Of a stretch of 64,000 nt of DNA, positions 11,801 to 23,800 are shown piece by piece. The notes under the pieces were generated by a model. That model did no database searches. It had not been told where the DNA came from and was given only the letters and a program-made list of their open reading frames with translations. The position numbers and the translations under genes were made by a program. Position 1 is the stretch's first letter. Each line of letters starts with the position of its first letter. The DNA is from Phoronis australis (lineage: Eukaryota > Animalia > Phoronida): NCBI GenBank assembly GCA_002633005.1, contig NMRA01000606.1, positions 62,001 to 126,000 on the forward strand, read 5' to 3'.

Positions 11801-14800
11801 TATGGTATCCCAGATCCGCCACTGTAGTAACGGACAGTGTAGCAGCCATTCTTACTATAAAGTGGAGACTGGGATAGAAGTAAAAAACAGCACAGCATTA
11901 ACATACAAAAAATCTACAACAACTTCCAGTATGAAAAAGTTCGTATTGAACTGACAAAAACAAGTTCGAACTTTTCTGGCCCGCCTGGCCTGTTAGTTTG
12001 AAAAGTTAAGTTGCGTGTCCTGCTTTTATAGCATCCAAACTACGTTTTTCTCAACATTTTTTATTTACACTAAAAGCGCATGTACTTGAAAACACTATCT
12101 GATTTGCTATGAACTTTAGGTGAGGATTTATTGCCCACCAGATCAAAAGTAAATTCGTTGGCAAACAAAATTAGACAGTTTATAGACCTGTTTTGAATTA
12201 AGTGAATATGAGACCACATCCACATAGGGCCGCCCACCTGTTAACAAACCCGCTGGCCCCGGTCCAGCGTGTATTTCGAACGCTGCAATACACAGTGTAT
12301 CCCATGCCAGTATAACTGATTTTGTTTTCGAAAATTTTCCGGACCGCTCATTGCGAGTCACATCACATGTATTTGTATCGTAAAAAGAGATATTTAGTCG
12401 CAGTTTTGAAGCAGAGATTGTATTTCTTTAAAAATCACTGAAAAAAGTTATAATGAATTCAAAATTATCTATAATTTAATTGGTACAATTTCTCGAAGAA
12501 ATTGAAATATACAAAGCCGTGATTTGACGGTTATTAACACTTGCATTTTAGATGTCCCCGCGCTGAGGACGTTGTGTGCAACACGACCTCTAGAGGGTGC
12601 AACGCTTGATGTAGACAAAGTCAAAAGATGTCGTTCTATTCAAGTTCATGACCTTCCTGACGGCTGTACAAACGACGCACTGTGGAACTATTTTGAAACT
12701 CGTAGAAGTGGCGGCGGTGAGGTGGATGACGTCATTGTGCATGAGGGCGTCAAATGTGCAGTAGTGTCATTCAAAGATGCTTCAGGTACTGTAGCCTATT
12801 GTGCTATAAATGCGTAATTCGTAATGTACATGTATAGAGACTGAGGTCTTGCTTGTAAGCACTTAAAGTAGGAGACGAGACGTTCTTTGGGTGTAAATTG
12901 TCCTCAAGTATAATATTAAAGTAATATGCGCAATCTCAGACCGCTTTTACCTGATAACAATTACTTTGTTCCATTCCACTCTCAGGAGACGAACAACATT
13001 CATTATTGAAACTTAAAACCTTATCAGTTTCTTACGATTATCTTCTACGCTGTTCTTGGAAAGCCAACAGATTTACTCTCCAAAACTGTATTTTATGTCA
13101 CAAAAAGGCCACTTACCGTAATAAAACGGGCAGTTTCTTGCTCCTCACTCAGTTTTGAAGAGGCTTCCGACCTCCAAAAGATTCAGAAGTTCGTAATTTC
13201 CCAATGTTTTAAAGTCACTGAGGAACAATTTAAGAACCAGATGTGATGTCAGATCACGCCACGTGTATTCGCGGTAAAAGCATAGAACTCTAGTCCTGCT
13301 GGAATGCCAACTCCCCCTCCATGTGACCTTTATATTCTATTATTATTCATAACAAAGAGACAAATGAACACTTGTTCCATAATGGTCAACATTCGAGAAT
13401 GAAAAAACGGGACAACTGGAAAGAAAAGAGGACTTCCGGATACGAAACGGGGCACATGGATCTATGCCAAAATGTAAAGGTGAAATGTTTGAGGGTGTTT
13501 TTTGTTTTTTTTTAAGTTGAATTGTCAATTGCAGTTGGCTCATAATTGCGGGAGCCTCAAAAACTCATGAACCGTTCCGTTTTTTCTTTTTCATCGAACG
13601 GGAAAATTGGGCAATGTCTCGTGGGAAATTAAAGTAGTATATTATGATAATGTCTGTGTCGATGTGTGTCAAAAAGAGGGATATCTTGATAGCTGTTGCG
13701 GGATGGCAAGAAACCTTCAAAAAGTGGGATAGTCCGCCAAGAGCGTGACAATTGGCAAGTACAATGTACGCAACACAAAGTATTGGATTGGTTTTTTTTT
13801 TACAAACTTCTCATTTTTTAATTATTTCACGGGTATAGGTAAATACTGCAGATAACATTCACTGCTCAGAAATCGAATTTACAGTAAATATTTTGGTAAC
13901 AGGTAAACATTGCACACATGAATTCTAGAAAAAAATTGTATGCAAACATAAACGCACACTTAGCTACCCAAATACGAGTAGTTTTCTGAAAGTTGTGGTA
14001 AACACACCTACCGGTATTAGTAGAACCTAAACTTTTCATTTGTAATATATCCAGAACAAACACTCAGAAGCCAACTTCACATCTTTCTTTAAGTTACTGT
14101 AACACCCAAAAATGTCTTGTTGAAAAACTCCTAGCGTATAGTTTGATAGGTCGTTGAAAGTAGTTCTAAGACTGGAGATTTAAGGATATCAGACTCTGAG
14201 GCCAGACTATTCCAGGTAGTATCTGGCCAGGGCCACGGGTCTGTTTTTTGCTTTATTTTTCTCGGAAATCGCTGGTTGTCCAGAACCGTGGCTCAAGAGG
14301 CTCGCTTGATGAACAAAAATAAAAATGTCGAAATCAAAATGAAGCAATGAAACTAGGCTTGATTTGATAACCATAACAGTGGTCAATTACGTGCTGGAGT
14401 TGGCATTCCATTTCTATAGTTCTCTGACAAAAACAATTGCGAAATCGTGAGGTTGTGAGGAAAACAACAGTTGGTTACTTGGTATTTTTGCAATACCGTT
14501 TTTTATTGACACGGAATCAAAGCACTGATGATATTTACGTTTTAATAATTAACCAAATTGGAAGTTTTTGGTGGGTTTTATATTCGGAGTAGAGTCAAGT
14601 TCCGTAGCAAGTACATGTATGACGCAATGAAGTACATGTAGAAAACACATAATGCGCGCAACCCAGCCTAAAATATAAGGGGGCTCGAATTTTTCAGTAT
14701 GTGAACTGTTTACTGAAAAATAAGCAGTGGCAAAGAAAGAAACGTGGTGCTACGTTCAGACCTATGAATTGTGCATTCGCGCTGAATTCCTGTGGGCTTT

Positions 14801-17800
14801 TGTCACGTTTTCTCGGACTTTTTGTTTCTCTGAGGCGGACCTTTTTGCCCACTTCACCAAAAGGGGGGGAGGCTCATTTTAAACCCCGGAGCCCCATTGG
14901 GTGCGCGCATGTGGGCGAAGAATTAGTAGACTGAAGTCACTATCATGATTAAACCAAGGACGGGTAGCTTTCTTCCAGACAAAATTACATGTATGAACGT
15001 CATAACGTTTATTTCTTTTCAGTTGTGAAGGCCGTAGTTGACAAGACCTGCCATACGCTAAACTCCAAGGAAATTAAAGTGTTAGAATTCTTTGAGCAAA
15101 ATGGTTGCAGGCATCCGGATGACGATCACTCTAGGCCTTTACACGGACTTCCTAACGAGATCATAGTGGGTGCATTTGATGAGAATGTCATGTCATTCCT
15201 ACTGGGACGAGAATGTCTCCGCCGCTCAATTAGTGACGAAGTACAAAAGCTGCACGGAAACATTCTTTGGGACTCTTGCACCGATGATACGTTCGCAATT
15301 TCCTCCACGGCCAGCCATACGTCACCAGGCACAACTACTCTAGCTGGAGAGTGGCAATCTAGTGTCAGCACAGCTCTTACATCCCTTGTGGCACAGTATG
15401 GCAGCAAAGAGGTGTCAGTTTCAAAGACAATTTTGGACCAAGCGTCTGGGAAGCTGGCTATTTTCGATAACAAAAGCATCCAGCTCGACATAAACCCTTA
15501 CTCAGCAGACAGTGAAACGTGTCTCGTAAGGATCACAGGTCTTAAAGATTCAGTTAATGATGCCTGCTGTGCTCTTCAAAATCTAAGAATTGAATCTCCC
15601 CATGAAATAATTGAAAAGGTTGAAAAACTCAAGAAACAAGAAACAGAATATTTGAATATGATTGGATTCGAAACATGGTATTCAGGATGCTCCATCAACC
15701 CTACAACCAATCAAGTGTCCTTCTCAGGGACTCTGGACCACGTAACCAAAACAAAAGCTCGCATGCTCGAAGAGTTGCACAGTCTAACATCAACTAAAGT
15801 TGTTTTGACCTCTGGACAGGTGAGGCTACTGTCGAAGCAGGAATGTTCTGATTACATCAACGGTCTACTCTACCAAGCTGAATTGAAAGTGGTTTGGCTT
15901 ATGTCAGCTGACGGAATTGAATTGTTTTCGTGTGACGAGGAGCAGAAAACCAACGCAGCAANGTTTGATAGGTCGTTGAAAGTAGTTCTAAGACTGGAGA
16001 TTTTAGGATATCAGACTCTGACGCCAGACTATTCCAGGTATCTGGCCAGGGCCACGGGTCTTTTTTTTGCTTTATTTTTCTCGGAAATCGCTGGTTGTCC
16101 AGAACGTTGGCTCAAGAGGCTCGCTTGATGAACAAAAATGTCGAAATCAAAATGAAGCAATGAAACTAGGCTTGATTTGATAACCATAACAGTGGTCAAT
16201 TACGTGCTGGAGTTGGCATTCCATTTCTATAGTTCCCTGACAAAAACAATCGCGAAATCGTGAGGTTGTGAGGAAAACAACAGTTGGTTACTTGGTATTT
16301 TTGCAATACCGTTTTTTATTGACACGGAGTCAAAGCACTGATGATATTTACGTTTTAATAATTAACCAAATTGGAAGTTTTTGGTGGGTTTTATATTCGG
16401 AGTAGAGTTAAGTTCCGTAGCAAGTACATGTATGACGCAATGAAGTACATGTAGAAAACACATAATGTTCCATGCGCGCAACCCAGCCTAAAATATTAGG
16501 GGGCTCGAATTTTTCAGTATGTGAACCGTTTACTGAAAACTAAGCAGTGGCAAAGAAAGAAACGTGGTGCTACGTTCAGACCTACAGTGTATGAATTGTG
16601 CATTCGCGCTGAATTCCTGTGGGCTTTTGTCTCGTTTTCTCGGACTTTTTGTTTCTCTAAGGCGGATCTTTTTGCCCACTTCACCAAAAGGGGGGGCTCA
16701 TTTTAAACCCCCGAGCCCCATTGGGTGCGCGTATGTGGGCGATTTAAGTAGACTGAAGTCATTATCATGTTTAAACCAAGGACGGGTACCTTTCTTCCAG
16801 ACAACATTACATGTATGAACGTCATAACGTTTATTTCTTTTCAGTTGTGAAGGCCGTAGTTGACAAGACCTGCCATACGCTAAACTCCAAGGAAATTAAA
16901 GTGTTAGAATTCTTTGAACAAAATGGTTGCAGGCATCCAGATGACGATCACTCTAGGCCTTTACACGGACTTCCTAACGAGATCATAGTGGGTGCATTTG
17001 ATGAGAATGTCATGTCATTCCTACTGGGACGAGAATGTCTCCGCCGCTCAATTAGTGACGAAGTACAAAAGCTGCACGGAAACATTCTTTGGGACTCTTG
17101 CACCGATGATACGTTCGCAATTTCCTCCACGGCCAGCCATACGTCACCAGGCACAACTACTCTAGCTGGAGAGTGGCAATCTAGTGTCAGCAGTGCTCTT
17201 ACATCCCTTGTGGCACAGTATGGCAGCAAAGAGGTGTCAGTTTCAAAGACAATTTTGGACCAAGCGCCTGGGAAGCTGGCTATTTTCGATAACAAAAGCA
17301 TCCAGCTCGACATAAACCCTTACTCAGCAGACAGTGAAACGTGTCTCGTAAGGATCACAGGTCTTAAAGATTCAGTTAATGATGCCTGCTGTGCTCTTCA
17401 AAATCTAAGAATTGAATCTCCCCATGAAATAATTGAAAAGGTTGAAAAACTTAAGAAACAAGAAACAGAATATTTGAATATGATTGGATTCGAAACATGG
17501 TATTCAGGATGCTCCATCAACCCTACAACCAATCAAGTGTCCTTCTCAGGGACTCTGGACCACGTAACCAAAACAAAAGCTCGCATGCTCGAAGAGTTGC
17601 ACAGTCTAACATCAACTAAAGTTGTTTTGACCTCTGGACAGGTGAGGCTACTGTCGAAGCAGGAATGTTCTGATTACATCAACGGTCTACTCTACCAAGC
17701 TGAATTGAAAGTGGTTTGGCTTATGTCAGCTGACGGAATTGAATTGTTTTCGTGTGACGAGGAGCAGAAAACCAACGCAGCAAGTATAATAAAAGAAGAG

Positions 17801-20800
17801 CTTAAACAAGTAACGATAACGGTTCCAGATGACACCTTTGGCGCTTTTCAGGATTCAGCTTGGTCTGATTTTAAATCTGAGCAGCTGACTAAATATCCAG
17901 GTCTGATAGAAATTACAGAGGACTGTGACAGTGGGACCTTAATCCTTACTGCAACGCGTTCTGTCGTTGACAGTGTCACAGCTGATTTTCAAGAGTGCAT
18001 CGAGCAATTTACAAGTGACTGGACGTCGAAAAAACAAAAACCCCAAGAAAATTACAGTGAGTATTGAAACCATAGGTGTGGGGTGGTTTTCTTTATTCAA
18101 GTGGACCAGAACAAATTTGTGAACGCCCACTCAGTCATTACCATAACTTTTGGCTCTGCCGCTATCATGGTCGCCACCTGTTGTTTACACAAGTTCTACC
18201 CCTCCTCCCACGATAGCCTTCAAGTTCGTCTTCGCGCCCTCCCTTCAAATGTGGTTAGGCAGGAATGCACAGGAACAGGTTTAAGAATCACTTAACAAAA
18301 ACATCAGGCAAAAGTGGGAACATGACGTATCAGATTACCTGGGTCCGATATTTCCCAGAACCGATCGATGTTGGCCTCATCCCATGTTTCCACCTAGGCG
18401 CGATGCTCCATGACCGTAACCAGCTATTGCACTGACTTAACGGGTAGGCACGAAATTGTTGTTAGCAAACTTCTTATTCTCCCCCACTTCGTACACCCCC
18501 AGCCATTTTTTTGCCTCAGGTGTCATCAGCCGACCACGTCGTAGATTTTTCAGACTCAATTGGAAAGAATATTGTTCCGGCTGAAGCGGAATAGTTAAAA
18601 AATATTTCGGGTGGCTGAAAAAGGGTATGATGTGATGACAGTCACGCTAAGGCGGAGTTTGCAGCAGAAAATCGATCGGGTTGTAATAACATTTCTTACT
18701 AATGCAATTCTTCAATTTCTTATTATCGAAAAAATTTTGGTTAACGACCGTGCTCACCCTACCTTTGTTTTTGCGGAATTAACGCCCACTACTCTATTAA
18801 GCATCTCCCTTAATGTTTGAGAATTTTCAATGATGCGCATGGACTCAAAACGTTTGTTTTCAGTTAGTTCTGACCAACAAATACATTTCAAAAGAATCGC
18901 CAGCGACATTGGTGAAACATGCGGACGCCAGTTTTACTAAAATACAATAAGCGAAAAACTTGCAGTTTTTATTACTTCAATATACATGTATAAAAACATA
19001 CAACAACATGTTTCCATTGCCATTGAATGCCGAAATCGATAGGCCGTAGAAACCCAGTATGGCACACTGTCCAATTCTGGTCGCCACACATCTACGATAA
19101 CCCGGTCATTACAATGATTTCGAGAATTAGTTCAAAGTCGGAAAAATTTGGCATCTTTCAATTTTTTTTGAAAATTCTTCAAAATTCGAGAGCTTCCCAC
19201 CTAAACCGAATTCGGAGAGTTATGGCAAACCCACTGCCACATTCTCTGGCCTGATATTTTCGAATATATGTTTTATCACTGCAGTTGGAAACTCAGTGCG
19301 GCGCTGAAAGCGGATTTCTCGAAGCCAGGTTCTTGAAGTTAACCGTTATTGGAAGAAACTAAAGTGAAAAATAAAGTGGCAAAGCGTTCAAGCAGTATAT
19401 TTGAAATTAATCCATCATCCGGGAGAATAATTTGTTTTCGCTTGGTGAGCAGACTTCAAACTGACAAAAATCAAATTACTCGGTATTCATGTACGACGCC
19501 TATCGAAAACATCACACCTGTTGGCAGTTTTTAAAAGTTTCGAAATTCGCCTCATTTTGACATTATTTATCTCATGGAAAACAGCGCCAACTGCCTACGT
19601 GAGAATTTCGATTGTGGAAAAAAATTATATTCATGAAAATAAAAGTGAGTTGAAATTTTAAGAGCTGAATGATCTCGTAAGTGTTAAAAAATAATTGGGC
19701 GTCCTGGTGAACATAAGAATCGACCCAAAGATCCTGAGATTCTGTCAAGTTATTCCAGAGATATGTTGACCTAATTAGGCTTGCAAATCAGGGTTAATGA
19801 GGTCAAATTGTCCTATATCAGGATCGAAGAAGCAACCCAAAATTGTCGTATGGACCTAAAATGGCGATTTTAACTAACAGTTGCACACTCGTCCACTTAG
19901 CGCCTGGACTACAGCGTAAAAGACCGGGGACACATTGAACCCCGGACATATGGAACTCGGGACAGATCCCGGGAAATATAGATCCCGGAACACATAGAAC
20001 CCGGGACATGTAGATCCCGGGACATATAGATCCCGGAACATATAGATCCCGGAACACATAGAACCCGGGACACATAGAACCCGAAATCCGTAAAACGGGA
20101 CACATAGAAACTGGGACACCAAACAACCCGGGACGCATAGAACCCAGAACGCAATGCTACGCAGGCCTTATTATAAGGCTTGGAATTTTCCGCGATAACG
20201 CGGATTTCCGTTTTTTTCTTTTATTCCCTCCGCGTATTTTCGTTATGCTTCCGCGGAAAAAAATCGGATTTGCCATAAAATTATCGTGGCAAATTGGTTT
20301 CTCATTGCGACGTTGCCGACGGCTCGAAAAGCGGAAACTGCTCTTTATGTTTCGGAGGAACGAAAATTGTAATTGCGGATCACAGGCGCTCGAATTTCCC
20401 GATGACTCGTAACCATATACAAAAAACATGCTTTCTTATTAAATAAGAATAATATTTGTATAAGTTATACAAATTTTGCAACCAATTGCGACAAATGTAC
20501 CAATCTGTATCATCTTTTAGAGGGTAAAAATTCCTATCAACACTAAAACGGGCGTCGAGTCGTTGTATCATTTTTGCCAAACAACTAGGGTCGACATATA
20601 CATAAACTTAAATTTAAAACCCCTTTTACTCTGGTGTTGAACGTACATGTAGACCACTGTTTCCGCGTTGTGAAAGCGCAGGTGAACCGATTCAACGTGA
20701 AAGTGAAGGTCAAATAAGCAAAAATGTGTGGGCGTTCAGTTGTGTATATTATGCTTATACTATGCGACTTATACCATCTGCAGAAACAAAATCTGAGGTC

Positions 20801-23800
20801 CCAAATATGACCTGCAGGTTTCCAATTCGATTCCTGTTTACTTATTTAATAATTTTAGGATTCTAATCTAGGGGCCAGACATATCACAGGAAAACACCCC
20901 GGGCAAGCCTTACTAAGGCATTTCTGTGGACAATCCAGTACATGCAGTGGCAACTAATTCTGGCTGTTCCCGACTCTTGTATGCGCATTCCGACGCCTGT
21001 TCTCGACACTGGTTAAAGGGTGACTGCCATATGTGCTGTATATATTTGTGTGAATGGATTCTTCTTCTACAAAATTCACATCAATTCATCATTCGTACAA
21101 GGAATTGCGAAACTATGTTACAGTTTTTGACGTGATTGTTGCCATTTCGTTTTACTTTGAGAACAGACGCATTTGTTAATTGCAGTTTTTCATTCACCCG
21201 CTAAGTGTAACGGTCTGTACCATCACTGAGCGGCAGATTGTAGGCTGTTCCCCCTCCCGCCCCTCGCCACGCCCTCCTTCCTCCCGTCCATCTCTCCCCC
21301 TCCCACTTCCCTCCCACTCTCTCTCGCTTTCCCCCCTTTCCTCTGTCCCTCCCACCCTGTACCTCTCTCGTTTCTTGGTGGTTTTTATATTCGTGTTGTA
21401 TTTCGATGAATTTGCTACTTTCCAACAGACGTTTAAAGCTTTCTTTTTGAATCAGATCTGCAAAGCACCGTGGAGGTGACAGGATTTGGTCCTGATACTG
21501 ACCGGGAGTCCATTGAGTTGTTCTTTGAAGATACTGAGACATCTGGCGGCGGAGAAATCAAGAGAATATCCTTTGATGACATGAACCGTGTTGCTGTAAT
21601 TGAGTTCAAAGACCCATCTGGTAAGATTTGCTATGTTGCGACCATCAACATTAAAGAATTTGTTTGAAGTCTGCCATCTTTAATTTTAATACAGAATCAA
21701 AACTAGTGACACTTAAAAGTGTCACTAGTTTTGATTCTGTATTTTTAGAGCTTAGATGAATCCATCTTCGGGGTAGGCGTATAACACAGCTGAACACGTC
21801 TGCGCGACTATGATCCAATTATATTGTCCTCCATTTATCACTGGATTAACATAAGTTATCCCACTTACATAGGAATACTACTGCTATATCCTATCGAGGG
21901 AATGTCCCAACGAGACTTTCGAGATAGGATATCGTAGTAGTAGTTTTAGAGCAGTACAACCGCCTCTACTGTTGTATACGGATTCTCTCTACTTTCCCGC
22001 ACATCACAGTAAATATGTTGACGTAATGAATTCACATATTTTCAAGTATAAGGGATGAGAGAAAAAAACGCTTAAGCAAACCGTATGTGTTTCCGTAACA
22101 ATATAAATGTGATGTTATAAACCAGCGTGACAAATAATTCTTACTTTCCCTAACAATGTTAGTATCAGTTGTAATATTGAATGGCTGTTAAAAAACTTGA
22201 CATACGACCTTTATTCGTATTCACTGAATTCACGCACATGTTTTTATTGCTTTTTAGCTGTTAAACGAATTCTTGAGAAGGAAGTTTTAGTCATAGATGG
22301 CTGCAATGTTATGGCGAGCCTTAATAGAGAGAGCGAGACCACAGACGGAAGCGCAGCCCTGAGGGTGACTGGATTTGACCTAAATACTAGTGATGAAAAG
22401 CTGAAATTGTTTTTTAAGAATTACAAGAAAAGTGGTGGGGGTGATTTGAAAAGTCTTCACGTCAATCGAGGACGAACTGCAGCCTTGGTCACGTACGAGT
22501 CTGCAAAAGGTTAGGTGCTCCTTAGCTTAGAAATTTCCGAATTTCTATATTGTTTGAACTAAAGTGCAAAACTGTCACTGTGTTTTTAAACTCTTCGCGT
22601 GGTTGCATTCATGGAAGGGTTAACGTAAAATGTCTATACTACGCGGATATTGAAATTGATTCGATTGGCTGTCATCGAAATATTGAAATACTTGACTAGC
22701 AAATGGGAGGTTTTCTGAAGATGTGGAAATGCTTTGGGGAACATGCTCACTAACCAGAGATGTATGCTATGATTTAGAATTTATGATTCTAAAGTGATTG
22801 AAAATAATATCATGGAAATTTCTGAAAGTTAATAAAAAGTTCACGCAGTGATATCATCATGTATTTGTATATACATATGTCTATACAAATACATCTGTGT
22901 GTGTGTGCGTGTGTGTGTACGTACGTATGCATATAAATTCAGTGATCTGAGAATGTAATAAAATATCAGCGCACTTCAACTAATGATCAATTTCTGTGTC
23001 ATATCAATGTGTTTGCATTTTAGTTGCTGAACGTGTAGCCAAAAAATCGGAGCTACAGCTTCAAGGGAAAATGCTTTCTGTTGAGTTGTGTTCCGTAAAC
23101 GATGACATAGAAAAATACGATGAAGACTACTTGTCCATGACAGCAGTACGCGTAACCGGATTCCGCCCCACCACAACGAAAGACACCCTGGAGCTCTTTT
23201 TCGCTAGTAATTCAAAGAGCGGCGGAGCTCCCTTGAAACGATTCAAAGTGAACAAACGAAAGTCTGCTGCTCTGTTTGACTTTGGGTGTAGACAAGGTAC
23301 TTACTTCTATTTTGTTCTTTCAGTTAATTAAAAATAAGAGACACTTCAAAATGTTTGTTTTTTTTCATTTGATTAATAGACATAACTATCTCGATGCAAC
23401 TGCCAATATGGCTTTATTTGAAAGAGTTTCAAAATTTGATTTCACAGCAGAAGGTTATAGATACTGATTACTTACTTTAAGTGCTTAAATCACTCATTTG
23501 ATATAAAAAAGAATCTCGTTAGTCAATCAAATGTCAATTGGAACAATTGCAAGCACTATCTAACGATATGCTAATAGCTGATCTCGAGTTATGAGAACTT
23601 ATTGGTAGAACCATACTACATAAAATCGCGACAACCACTCACAGCACTGAACATCCTCCGTTGTGATTAGTGTGAAGAGTCATTCGATATTGCTGCTCGT
23701 TTTCCCGCGGTTTATGATATAAAAAAGGATTGGCGAGTCGTTGCGTTTGTGATGGTTGTGACAGCTTAGGATTAGACCGCGCTGTGGTTCTTCATGTTCC

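Larger units (their letters stand above)
14141..17783. repeat. Tandem near-identical duplication (14141-15961 / 15963-17783) joined by a single N
   Basis: Sequence after N15962 restarts at GTTTGATAGGTCGTTG (= 14141). Confidence 0.92.

Noticed and set aside
14989-16128. 379-aa ORF as an independent gene
   Set aside because: Truncated duplicate of exon 5 reading through an N into intron sequence; its ATG is intronic.
19818-20154. Three overlapping ORFs with VPGS/RDLY repeats, or a CRISPR-like array
   Set aside because: Translations of a tandem minisatellite; no unique spacers; eukaryotic context.
20162-20925. Possible MITE with GCCTTA(T)TATAAGGCTTG-like inverted ends
   Set aside because: The terminal match is short and imperfect and no TSD could be established.
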